DNA of 63,929 bases, filler included, from Octopus bimaculoides (Eukaryota), in the NCBI RefSeq assembly GCF_001194135.2. It is 6 parts of 4 records of this genome, joined end to end, with 100 filler letters (N's around TTAATTAATTAA, not from the genome) between each part and the next. Parts side by side here need not be neighbours in the genome. Positions count along the whole stretch, not along the records: positions 1 to 22,598 come from NC_068987.1; positions 22,699 to 45,131 come from NC_068985.1; 4 more parts are not named here. One strand, written 5' to 3'. The translations under genes and the position numbers were made by a program. Within the stretch, counting starts at the first letter, position 1, and every line of letters starts with the position of its first letter. Under the pieces are notes generated by a model. It saw only the letters and a program-made list of their open reading frames with translations. It did no database searches and had not been told where the DNA came from. Positions 14,376 through 27,132 of this stretch are shown piece after piece.

Positions 14376-14954
14376 GAAAAGAACATGTAAGTGATTTTGT
14401 GTTTCGCTATTTGTGTATGTACGACATTTAAATAGAAATTGACTCATATATTATAATTATACNNNNNNNNNNNNNNNNNNNNNNNNNNNNNNNNNNNNNN
14501 NNNNNNNNNNNNNNNNNNNNNNNNNNNNNNNNNNNNNNNNNNNNNNNNNNNNNNNNNNNNNNNNNNNNNNNNNNNNNNNNNNNNNNNNNNNNNNNNNNNN
14601 NNNNNNNNNNNNNNNNNNNNNNNNNNNNNNNNNNNNNNNNNNNNNNNNNNNNNNNNNNNNNNNNNNNNNNNNNNNNNNNNNNNNNNNNNNNNNNNNNNNN
14701 NNNNNNNNNNNNNNNNNNNNNNNNNNNNNNNNNNNNNNNNNNNNNNNNNNNNNNNNNNNNNNNNNNNNNNNNNNNNNNNNNNNNNNNNNNNNNNNNNNNN
14801 NNNNNNNNNNNNNNNNNNNNNNNNNNNNNNNNNNNNNNNNNNNNNNNNNNNNNNNNNNNNNNNNNNNNNNNNNNNNNNNNNNNNNNNNNNNNNNNNNNNN
14901 NNNNNNNNNNNNNNNNNNNNNNNNNNNNNNNNNNNNNTATATTCTTTTCTACTC

Positions 14955-15362
14955 TGGGCACGAAACCCGAAATTTTGGGGGATATTAGATCGACCCCAGT
15001 ACGTAACTGGTACTTAATTCATCGACCCCGAAAGGATGAAAAGCAAAGTCGACCTCGGCGGAATTTGAACTCAGAACGTAAAGACAGACGAAATACCGCT
15101 AAACATTTCGCCCAGCGTGCTAACGTTTCTTATTTCTTTATTGCCCACAAGGGGCTAAACATAGAGGGGACAAACAAGGACAGACAAAGGGATTAAGTCG
15201 ATTACATCGACCCCAGTGTGTAACTGGTACTTAATTTATCGACCCCGAAAGGATGAAAGGCAAAGTCGACCTCGGCGGAATTTGATCTCAGAACGTAACA
15301 GCAGACGAAATACCGCTAAGCATTTCGCCAGGCGTGCTAACGTTTCTGCCAGTTCGTCGCCT
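14955..15362 (-). mobile_element. Two tandem SINE family A copies, minus strand
   Basis: Two near-identical gaccccgaaaggatgaaa.gcaaagtcgacctcggcggaattt blocks at about 15025 and 15240. Confidence 0.85.
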
Positions 15363-15404
15363 TAGCTCTATGTTATATTATCATTATTAGTAGAGCAGTA
15401 AGAC

Positions 15405-15830
15405 GGCTAGCTAACAGAATCGTTAACATGCCGTTCAAAATGCTTAGTAGCATTTCGTCCGTCTTTACTTTCTGAGATCAAATTCCACCGAGATCGACTT
15501 TGCCTTCGGGGGTCGACAAAATAAGTACCAGTTGAGTACTGGGATCAATGTAATCGACGATCCCCGTCACCCAAATTTCAGGCCTTGTGCCTATAGTAGA
15601 AAGGATTATTGGTAGGGCGGTAAGGCGGCGAGCTGGGAGAATCGTCAGCACACCGGCCAAAATGCTTAGCGACATTTCGTCCGTTTTTACGTTCTGAGTT
15701 CAAATTCCGTCAAGGTCGACTTTGCCCTTCATTCTTTTGGGGTCGATAAAGCAAATACCAGCTAAGTCCTAAGGTCGATGTAATCGACTTACCTTCCCTT
15801 AAACTGCTGGCCTTGTGCTAAAATTTGGTT
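15405..15830 (+). mobile_element. Two tandem SINE family A copies, plus strand
   Basis: Heads gcagaatcgttagca-like at about 15415 and 15635, each followed by gttcaaatt-like and gggtcga cores. Confidence 0.8.
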
Positions 15831-17796
15831 CAGTTTCAGTGAGAATAGTCTGCTATTTCTTGCCGACGAAACGACTGCAAGAGGCTACCTCATTGGTTTG
15901 CTACATGCGATATTGATTATGTTGTTAGTGATGACAATGAGTATGATGAAGTGTCTACAAAATGTCGATAGCAAACAGTACTTCTAGCAAAAATAAACCA
16001 ACAATGAATACAAACTGCTTACATCGACAATAAATAAAATCATTAACTGGAAGGTGGAGAAACATTTATAATAACATAGACCGTTTGCTTCCTCTTTGTT
16101 CAAGAATAAACGATCGCTTGTTATAAATTGGACTTCGGTCAATATTATTTTTCCTCCACTCGTGTCACTAACTTCCATGCTTTCTCAAACATCAATTACC
16201 TTTAAAACAAAATATCGCACGTACATGCGCGCACAAACGTTCTTACTCAGCTGCATTGGCAGACGAAAATAAATAAATAAACAAGAGAACTCGGAGAGCA
16301 CAAACCTCCGCCAAGGCAATACCAACGTCCTCTCAACGATTAACCGGAGATGATTTTTAAAATGAGAATATCTGAAATAAACTCGACTGCTCTCAGAACT
16401 GAGAATACTAAAAATTAATCCAACCGCTCTCAAAAATGAAGTAAATATACACATATACATATATATATATACTCTTTTTTTTTTTTTTACTTGTTTCAGT
16501 CATTTGACTGCGGCCATGCTGGAGCACCGCCTTTTAGTCGAGCAAATCGATCCCAGGACTTATTCTTTGGATACCTAGTACTTATTCTATCGGTCTGTTT
16601 TGTCGAACCGCTNNNNNNNNNNNNNNNNNNNNNNNNNNNNNNNNNNNNNNNNNNNNNNNNNNNNNNNNNNNNNNNNNNNNNNNNNNNNNNNNNNNNNNNN
16701 NNNNNNNNNNNNNNNNNNNNNNNNNNNNNNNNNNNNNNNNNNNNNNNNNNNNNNNNNNNNNNNNNNNNNNNNNNNNNNNNNNNNNNNNNNNNNNNNNNNN
16801 NNNNNNNNNNNNNNNNNNNNNNNNNNNNNNNNNNNNNNNNNNNNNNNNNNNNNNNNNNNNNNNNNNNNNNNNNNNNNNNNNNNNNNNNNNNNNNNNNNNN
16901 NNNNNNNNNNNNNNNNNNNNNNNNNNNNNNNNNNNNNNNNNNNNNNNNNNNNNNNNNNNNNNNNNNNNNNNNNNNNNNNNNNNNNNNNNNNNNNNNNNNN
17001 NNNNNNNNNNNNNNNNNNNNNNNNNNNNNNNNNNNNNNNNNNNNNNNNNNNNNNNNNNNNNNNNNNNNNNNNNNNNNNNNNNNNNNNNNNNNNNNNNNNN
17101 NNNNNNNNNNNNNNNNNNNNNNNNNNNNNNNNNNNNNNNNNNNNNNNNNNNNNNNNNNNNNNNNNNNNNNNNNNNNNNNNNNNNNNNNNNNNNNNNNNNN
17201 NNNNNNNNNNNNNNNNNNNNNNNNNNNNNNNNNNNNNNNNNNNNNNNNNNNNNNNNNNNNNNNNNNNNNNNNTTTTCATTTTAATTCCTAGCTCCAGCAT
17301 GACCGCAGCCGTGTTACTGAAACGTTGAAAAGAATAAAAGAAAGAAAAGAAACGGTCCAACTTTTAGTCTGCGTTAAGTGTGATTACATGTTGCTGGTCA
17401 AGTTTTATGAGTCTTTAACGAGTTCCTTATCCATTCTGCACGATAGATGTAGTTTCATATAGCATTCTCTGCGTGTAGTTTGTCTCTTTCGTGAATATTG
17501 TAATCTGCATGGGGGTGGGTTTGTTACGGTATTGTTTCTATAGCTTTGATCTGTCTGACGTGTTTCAGAATCCGTTATGAACAAAAGTTTGTTCAACTTA
17601 TTTCGATTTAATTATGCAAAGCAAATTTATTTATTTTTGTGGATGAATATGAATATTTAGATTCGTCTCGCGGGAGGTTCTGGGCTGCATAATAACATTT
17701 TATATCGGTGGACACATACGCACACATATACACACATACACGCACGTACGCACACACAAAAATAAACACACATGCAGCACAAACATATACACACAC

Positions 17797-18028
17797 GGCG
17801 GCGAGCTGGCAGAATCGTTAGCACGCCGGGCGAAATGCTTAGCGGTATTTCGTCTGCTGCTACGTTCTGAGTTCAAATTCCGCCGAGGTCGACTTTGCCT
17901 TTCATCCTTTCGGGGTTGATTAAATAAGTACCAGTTACGCACTAGGGTCGATATAATCGACTTAATCCGTTTGTCTGTCCCTGTTTGTCCCCTCTGTGTG
18001 TAGCCCCTTGTGGGTAGTAAAGAAATAA
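17797..18028 (+). mobile_element. Full-length SINE family A (tRNA-like head; core recalls Meta-domain SINEs)
   Basis: ggcggcgagctggcagaatcgttagc head, gagttcaaattcc B-box-like motif, gcctttcatcctttcgggg core, gtagccccttgtggg...aaagaaata tail. Superfamily name is from memory and needs checking. Confidence 0.85.
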
Positions 18029-18098
18029 CACACATATACGCACGAACACACACAAGCACATAACTACTCACACACACACATAATATATATGTATATAT

Positions 18099-19110
18099 TA
18101 GGATAGGCTGAATAGTTCAGAGGCTGACTAGGAAAGAATGAAGCTAGAGTTGGTAAATCTTGCATGCATTAATTTCATCTCCTCTCATTAATAGCTGCAT
18201 TGTTCATTCCAGGTAAACTGGTATCTGACAGTTTAAAGAAGACTTCAAAAGTAACTTATAGCCAATTCTCTTAAAAACAGACAAAATTTGACATCTTGGT
18301 GTTATCAAGTACCTGCAGAAAAAAGGTTTACCCCCCCCCCCCCAAGGACATTCATGCTAGAGGATGACGCTCTAGGTTTATCAACAAAGCAAAAGTGGAC
18401 AGTTGGATTTAGGACGATGCTCCAAAACAATGATCCAGCACACTGGCTGTGTGGTAAGTAGCTTGCTTACCAACCACATGGTTCCGGGTTCAGTCCCACT
18501 GCGTGGCACCTTGGGCAAGTGTCTTCTACTATAGCCTCGGGCCGACCAAAGCCTTGTGAGTGGATTTGGTAGACGGAAACTGAAAGAAGCCCGTCGTATA
18601 TATGTATATATATATGTGTGTATATGTTTGTGTGACTCGGTTTGTCCCCCACCCAGCATCGCTTGACAACCGATGCTGATGTGTTTACGTCCCCGTAAAT
18701 TAGCAGTTCGGCCAAAGAGACCGATAGAATAAGTACTAGGCTTACAAAGAATAAGTCCTGGGGTCGATTTTCTCGACTAAAGGCGGTGCTTCAGCATGGC
18801 CACAGTCAAATGATTGAAACAAGTAATAGAGTAAGTCTTTAGTTTCAATGGCTACTGTGCGTGACTGTGGCTTTGAACTGGTTCATCACCCTCTGTAATC
18901 ACTTGATTTGGTCCCATCTGACAATCGGTGGTTCCCCAACATGAAAAACCCTAGGCTGGGAACCAAGCACTGCAACACCGATGGAAGAAGTGTATGGACC
19001 ACAAGCGATGATGGGGTGGGGGGGGGTCTACATTGAAAAATAAACCTCATTTGGTCACATTCTACGAGAGTATCTTTGTCAGCCTATGAACTTTTCAGCT
19101 GACCGCTGCG
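18099..19110 (+). mobile_element. Internally deleted mariner relic with both TIRs, split by a SINE
   Basis: Left gctgaatagttcagaggctgac and right gtcagcctatgaacttttcagc are inverted. Encodes DKI*HLGVIKYLQKKGL and ELVHHPL*SLDLVPSD (YSPDLAPSD-like). Confidence 0.8.
18445..18835 (+). mobile_element. SINE family B (tRNA head, CORE-like accttgggcaagtgtctt segment, bipartite around a TA tract)
   Basis: ggctgtgtggtaagtagcttgc...gggttcagtcccact...accttgggcaagtgtcttctactatagcctcggg. Repeated at 28636, 58888 and elsewhere. Confidence 0.85.
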
Positions 19111-20644
19111 TGTGTTTGTAGCTTTGTATATTGTTTTAACTTTGCCTCATGTATAAGTTGCACCCCAATTTTTCCAGTGCGGNNNNNNNNNNNNNNNNNN
19201 NNNNNNNNNNNNNNNNNNNNNNNNNNNNNNNNNNNNNNNNNNNNNNNNNNNNNNNNNNNNNNNNNNNNNNNNNNNNNNNNNNNNNNNNNNNNNNNNNNNN
19301 NNNNNNNNNNNNNNNNNNNNNNNNNNNNNNNNNNNNNNTATAATTATGAATTCTATTACGAATAAACATCAACAAGAGTTCCATTACTTTCGTTTCATAG
19401 CAACACACGCGCATTTAACTGCAACTAATTATAAAATTTCTGCTCATTTACTGGTCATCAGTTTTGCTAAGCTCTTTTTAAGCTTTTAATTACCATGAAT
19501 ATATATAAGCCTTTCAAAAATGAGACTAACGAGCAAACATCTAAGAACTTATTTAAACTTTATAGCGGCATAAACATGCTCTAAAATTGAACTTGTTGAT
19601 ATTTGCAAAATCTTCAACAGAAAAGCATAATTACCACGTTTTATAACTTCTTTGATGTGCAAAATTTTCTCCCGATCCGATTCTTTGTTGCAGGAAGATT
19701 ATTGAGAGATTTATAGCGGAAAGCCACAACCTTTTACAATTTCAACTTCTAAACGACCTTTTCGGTAAAAGACTGATAATAAACCATTGACATATATATA
19801 TTTTTTTTTCATTTCATCGCTAATAGATGTACAAGGAATGAATCTGTTGAGGATAAATGAAACACCAGGAATCGGAATAAATTCACGAACACTATTCATC
19901 GGACGTTGACCACTTGCTCAATCTTATGTTGGCTGTTGCAATAAAAAAGAACTTACATTTGAAAAGAAAAGGAGTAAATTCATTTTGAGAAGTAACTCGG
20001 TTTCACATCAAAGTTATAGCAATTTGATTTAATTTACGTTACCAGCAAGAAATAAGTACCGTATCATATTTCCTTTCTTCTAAATAAATCTTAATTTTAA
20101 CCACATTTCTACGTTAACAGAGATCAAGATACATCGCAAATGTGGCTTTCAAATAAAGAAGTCGATAAAAAAAAATCAAGCATTATTTTCTTTTGAAAAA
20201 AGACATTGAAGCGACGCTTCTAGATGACGGTTTTTAAAACATACTTCTAAACAAGCAAACTTTTATTTTTGTGTAGCAACAACGCTTTTCAAATAGTTTC
20301 TGTAAACAAGGCTTGAACCGCATAACAATAACTGTGTCACACTATGCAAATCTAATCGATGTATATCCATTGATTTTTAAAAATTCAATCGAAAACTTGT
20401 ACCTTTGATCTGGAAACCCACGCAAAATATTATTTGAAGTCCCTGTCAACATATTATTTACTATCAATAATACACTCGAATATAAAATTGCTGTCTGTAA
20501 TTCAGTAATATACAACCAATAATATCGATTATATATTCATCATATAATAATAATAATAATAATACTAAACCTAACGTAAATAGCACTGGAGGTATCAATG
20601 AAAGCTTGCATCATTTGACTTATCTCCCTTAGTTTTTGTTTTAG

Positions 20645-20761
20645 CAACGAAGTTGCTATGACAGAATTTCCTACGCGATATCTTGTCATGGCAGAAGAAA
20701 GTATTATCACCGAAGACCATTCAGCACAGTCTCTTATAAGTGCTTACTTGGAATATCGCCG
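20645..20761 (+). CDS. P3H-like exon, start of degenerate module 1 (NEVAMTEFPTRYLVMAEESIITEDHSAQSLISAYLEYR)
   Basis: Acceptor tttttgttttag, donor g/gtaatt, phase 2/2. Aligns without gaps to EVVSTEKEMLGKERFIADGLASQAECETLIDLA of module 2 (EV..TE, LI). Confidence 0.55.
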
Positions 20762-22166
20762 GTAATTTATTTATTTCAATTTGAGTCTATCTGTGCTTTC
20801 TTAGCAGTTTAGCTAAGTTTGACCTAAAACATTTCTTTTAGCGGTGTCGTTTTACTTTCTTTCAAGTCTTTTGTTTATTTCTTATCGGTAATTTTCTCTG
20901 CTGTTACACTTAACTCTGATCATCGTATTTACGGAATAGCTATCAATATCTTACGGAGAAGTGGCGGGGGAAAAGCCAGGAAAGAACTGGATAATTGTTT
21001 CCTTTTTCTGAAAGAAATCTTTCTTCTAAAAAAAAAAAAAAAAAAATCAATCTCTTTACATTTTAACTCCTCCGACTAAATTTTTACTATTATATCCCAT
21101 CTGGTGAGACAGGTTGTAATAGTGAAGATGTACGACGTTTTTATGTGTGAAAAATAACCTGTCTTAATGGCTAGCAGCAATATTAGTATTAGTAGTACCT
21201 TGACGAATATATCAGAAATTGATTTACTTTCTGCTGTAAATGGTCAACGGAGAATCGCGCTTCTCACAATATTGAAACGTTGGCACTACTTGACTACAGA
21301 GGTCTCGTAGAGTTAGGGTTAGTTTTAGGGTTAGGGTGAGGTTTAATCTTAGGGTTAGTTTTTAAGTAGTACTGAAACATTTCCTATGGCACCAGCAGAT
21401 AAAATGGACAAGGCAGAGGATAATGAGGCGTAGTGGGGGTGTGTGCTGAAACAGCCACTCTGACTCAAGGGGCTCGCGCTTGCAGACGGCAACCTCCACC
21501 CTGATAGCAATGGACAAGGATCTGGGGTCCAAGAACGACGGAGGTTTCAACTGCCACAGGCTTGACCATAAACCTATTGGATAGCGACCAGAACCTTAAC
21601 AGTTTTTTTTGTTTTTTTTTTCAACCTCACGAGTAGCAGAGCCTAGGCTGGTGACTGACAACATCAAGTTGCCGCTGGAGTAGGTGTCACAGCCTGTGGT
21701 ATCTCAGACGGGGGGACTTCCCTCCACGGAACAGGAAAATTGCCATACCGTCCGGCCTTCTACCGTCTCCGTGGTCTAGTCTCTGCTGGCTCGAGGTGGG
21801 ATAGGAAGCCTGCAGCGTCTAGACCATGCTTTATGATCTTGTTAAGGGCGACATGGCGTGGAAGGCGGCCAGGAGGAGCGAGAGAGAAAGAAAGAAATGA
21901 AGAGAAGAGAAACAACATATTGAGTTTGATATTTGGCGTAGAATCAAAACAGAGCTTACTTATGAGATGTTTAGTTTTAGGTTTAAGCGCGAATTTCATA
22001 GCGATATTTGTAGTTTGAAACCATACCGAACCGAGAAGTGCTCCCACCACAACCTTTACATGCACACACATCAACGTAGTCAAGTAAGCAGTTATACTGT
22101 ACGTGATACTTCCAACTATGAGGATCTTAAAGAAAGCAGTCCTAGACGTCACTTAGAATAGAATAG

Positions 22167-22202
<36 letters not shown>

Positions 22203-22698
22203 TCTTTCTCTCTCTCTCTCTATTTTCCCCTCTCTATTTTCTCTTCCTTTCACTTTTCTCAGCATTTATTTTTTTTCTGATATGCATAGCATCTGTCAAA
22301 ATATTGCCAGCTGATTTCCGGACATTCTCGACAGTTTACGGAAATTCATTTATTTAGTTATCTATTTATTTATTTGAATATACTTTTCTTTTCGGCAATG
22401 TCTTTCCTGTACTGGTGATTACCGAACACACAAACACAACGCGCGCGCGCGCACACACTCTGTCTGTCTCTCTCTCTCTCTCTCTCTCACACGCAGGCAC
22501 ACACACTCTCGTCACCACCACGCAGACACACACACACACACACACTCGCTCTCGTCCCCACTACGCACACACACGCACACACTTTCTCTCTCGTCCCCNN
22601 NNNNNNNNNNNNNNNNNNNNNNNNNNNNNNNNNNNNNNNNNNTTAATTAATTAANNNNNNNNNNNNNNNNNNNNNNNNNNNNNNNNNNNNNNNNNNNN

Positions 22699-22735
<37 letters not shown>

Positions 22736-25700
22736 CCCCAACATTCAAAGTGGACGTTAAACGATGCTGATGATGATGATATATACATGGAAGTAGGGAG
22801 CAAATGAATCAGCTATACTGCTCCCATGGGTATCTGATAGGGGCTCTTGGCAAACTTCACTAGTGTTGGTGGCATGAAAAGAAACATCCAATACACACTG
22901 TAAAGTGGGTGGTATTAAGAAGGGCACCCAGCTGTAGAAACCAAGCTGAAGCTGACATTGGAATTTCATTAAACTGTTCAACCCTTGCCAACATGGGAAG
23001 CGGATTTTAGAAGATGATGATGATGATGTGGTAGTTGTAGTTATATAACTAAATAATCCTTAGCCTAGAGTTTTATACAATATTTTTATTTTTTCATTTT
23101 ATAATTCTTAAAAAACTTTATCTTTTGACAGAAAATGAATGTTTCTGACGACTACAATGTTGGATTACGCTTGTTGCTTCGGATAAGTGGTATTGCAAAA
23201 CAATTCATCCAGAAATATTTAAATCACAATATTTTCCATTATTCCACAAAGGTTATTTGCAAAGATAAATGGAATGGTAAGGATAGATTATATTATTGTT
23301 GTTAATGTTATTTTCATAATATCATTAAGTAAACATTTGTATTTTCAAATTTATTATTTTTACTGAGGACAATGAATGATCTCTGGATATTTTGGCATTT
23401 TTTTCTTTCTCTTTTTGTAAAAGATATTAAATAAAAGTTGATATGTATCTTTGTGAGAGGAGTTAGTCCTTTCCTAAACCTTTGTTTATATAATTTCGAA
23501 ATATATTTTACATGTTATTTTTAAACCTTTAGCATCCAAATTATTCTGTGAAATGTAACACTTATTTATTCATATTGTTTTGGAATAATCATTATCTCAT
23601 AGCTTTGAGATTTCATTGATGTGCTTGCTTATTTTTCAGAATGACATTGTAGGGTATTGTGAGAAGCCTAATCTGGCCAGTTTGAACATAAAAAACAAGG
23701 TAGAATATTTGTGTAGCATATAGCTAGTTTAAATGCTGAAGAGCTGTGAAGGTGCCTGACTTAGTGGTTAGGGATATTTGGTTTATAATTGTAAGGTTGT
23801 GAATTTGATTCCTGGCAGTGGCACACATGCTGTGTCCTTGGACAAGACACTTTATTTCACATTGCTCCAGTCCACACAGCTGGCAAAATGAGCTGTGCCT
23901 ATAATTCAAAAGGTCAACCATGCCACATTCTGTGTCACACTGAATCTCCATGAGAACTACTTTAAGGTATGTGTACTTATTGAGTGCTCAACCACTTGCA
24001 AGTTAATTTCATGAGCAGGCTGTCCTGTTGATCAGATCAACTGAAACTCTTGTTGTTGTAACCAACAGAGTACCTCCAAATGCTAAAGGGTTAATGAATA
24101 AACTTTTGTTATAAAATGCTCTCTAGATGTTATACAAGATGTTGCATAATTCCCCATACTAAGGCAACCCATTGAAATTTATCCAAACTTAATTTGTTTA
24201 ATATTGAACTCTCATTTTTATTTTCAGGGAATTGTTTCTTCACTGAATCTGGTAAATGTCTTTCAGAATTTGTTCCAGAAGGGAGTTTTCAGTTAGTAAT
24301 CATATTTGACTTTTATCCTAGATGTTGTTTATAATTTTTGATAGTTTTCTGTTTGGCATTCAGTAACGGCATCATTTTCAAAGCATAATTATGTAATGTA
24401 TCACAAGCTGTGTTTCAACATAGGAGCTTCTTTGTAAGGTAAATGAGCTGCCAACACATGAGTCAAACCTTCCATTTAAGAATCCTAGAGATGCTCATCT
24501 CTAGAATGTTAACCAAACAATAAGGGTTTATTTAACCCAATATTCTAAATTAAATGGCAAAAATGGAAAAACCTAACTAGTGTTGGGCAATAAAAATAGA
24601 AATGAGCAGGATATCTCCATGAGTCTCTGCTTTGGTCTTATGCTCATACCATGAGATGCTGTGAACCCTGATAAAAATCCTGGTGTATATACCTTCAAAG
24701 TGATCTTGAAGCCCTTCTTCCATTGTCCTGGTTTTGGATCCAAGACCAAGGATTCTCTATATACATATATTTTACACCGAGTTATGTATCTAAGAAGAAA
24801 CTTTTGAAAATTTTCTACAGATTTCTATTTATTTTTGTTTGTAAGGTTTTTATGATTTTTTTTTTTGCTTTTTTCTGTGATTGACACTTCTGAGATTGCA
24901 TGTTCCCATTTGTTTTTTCTATTTCTAGGAGTATAACACATCTTTCAAGCATTCCTAAAGCTGGTGGAAGTTATTTTGCCAAGCCTGAAGAGGTAGTGTG
25001 GTTATTTTCTTTTCATTTCTTTTCGTTCTTTCTAATCATTAAACTTCCTGAGTATAACTGTTTGCATTGGGCCCCAGCTCCAGATTTACTTATTGACTGA
25101 TACTTATCATCATCAAATGGAGGAAAAGCAAAATGAACCTAGGTGGGATTTGAACTCAGAATGGAAAGGGATGCCACTGAACACTATAAATCAATCAGAG
25201 TTGAACTCTACAGATATGGTAATTCAGCAAGATAAATGTGTTTGAGATATAAGTGAAACTGTCTCTTATATTCTTGTCCAGGGTCTTATGGTTTCCAAAG
25301 TGTGGAGCTATGTCAAAGAGCTAATGATGCTTTTGGTCAAACCATCCATCATACCAATGGTCAAAATCAGTCACTAATTATAATTCATTCTTGTAATTGA
25401 ACCAAATTCGATCACTGGCACCTGTGCCAGTGGAGCGCTTACAACACTGTTCTCGCGTGATCATTGACAGAGCGGCGGTCTGGCTTCCATGCCAGTGGCA
25501 TGTAAATAGCACCATTTCATCGTGATCGTTACCAGCGTTGCCTTACTGGCACTTGTGCTGGTGGCACATGAAAAAACATTCGAACAAGGTCATTGCCAGT
25601 GCCCCTGGACTGGCTCCTTTGCAGGTGGCACATAAAAACACCATTTTGAGCATGGCCGTTGCCAGTACCGCCTGATTGGCCCTCATGCTGGTGGCACATA

Positions 25701-27084
25701 AAAGCACCCACTACACTCTCGGAGTGGTTGGCGTTAGGAAGGGCATCCAGCTGTAGAAACTCTGCCAGATCAGATTGGAGCCTGGTGCAGCCATCTGGTT
25801 CGCGCCAGTCCTCAGTAAAATCATCCAACCCAGCATGGAAAGCGGACGTCAAACGATGATGATGATGACGACAATGATGGTGGTAAGTCTTGTGGTCCAC
25901 TGAATCACAAGCATCACTGAAGCCTTCCTTGTCATGCAATCTGGCTGAGTGCATTCTTCTCCATTAAGCTGAATGCTGTTTAACTTAGCACTGCAAGTTC
26001 GCAAATCATTTTCCAATTATTGTGCCCAATTTGTTCATGTATTGTGCCTGCATACTATCTATTATTGACTGATTAGGATACACTGAGTGGTTATAGACAT
26101 GATGTTGATTAACCTAGTACTCAATTGACTCTGCTAGCTATTTGGTTTTAATTAATTTTTTTCTTCACTGTTATAGATAATTATTCGACCAAAGTGTGGC
26201 AGAATGATCCTCTTCAGGTCAACAGATCCACTCGGTATGAAACCTTTCAACGAATCAGAAATGCAAAGATGTGTTTTGTGGAATGTTTTTGGAAATGTCC
26301 CCATGCAAGATGAAATTGACCATTTAGATGCTCTGATCCTTCTTAGGAACATGGACGAACAGGTTATGTTGAACACTTCTGAAAACCGAAACCAAGTATT
26401 AAATGATTTATTAAATCAAGGAGTTGAAGTGGTCTCTACTGAGAAAGAGATGCTGGGCAAAGAAAGATTTATTGCTGATGGTTTGGCATCACAAGCTGAA
26501 TGTGAAACTCTCATTGATTTAGCTAATGTAAGTTTGTTCAGTTTTTGTCTTTCATTATTCCTGTTTCATTGTATGGAAATTGCTGAATAGATATTTGATG
26601 ATAATGTACTGAGAGTCAACAATAATGGATATTTGATATAATAGATAACAATAATAGATATTTGATGATAATGTAATGAGAGTCAACAATAATGGAAGGG
26701 CCTCAAACTAAATGCCTTGTAAGAGAGTGTACACTAGCATACTTGATGTAGTAAACTTTAAAATTTAATCAATTGAAATTATTACCCTACTGAAGAAAAT
26801 GTTTAGCTATTTTAAATTTTAGCTGATAAAAAGGCAGGGGAAATAACCTTGAAAGTTTTGTTAAAATAAAATATAGAAAACGGTGGGGAGTGTATGAGCT
26901 TTAATAGTGCAGTGACAACCAGAGACATATTTCAGTTTTATTACTCCCCACAACATAGTCTAAAACCAATACTGGATCTTAGAATGAGATTGGAAATGTT
27001 TGATATTTTGTGAATGAGTCATTATAAATTATGTAGGTGAAAACAAATTTAATGTTTAAAACATTGAATAGTTAAAGCATATAA

Positions 27085-27132
<48 letters not shown>

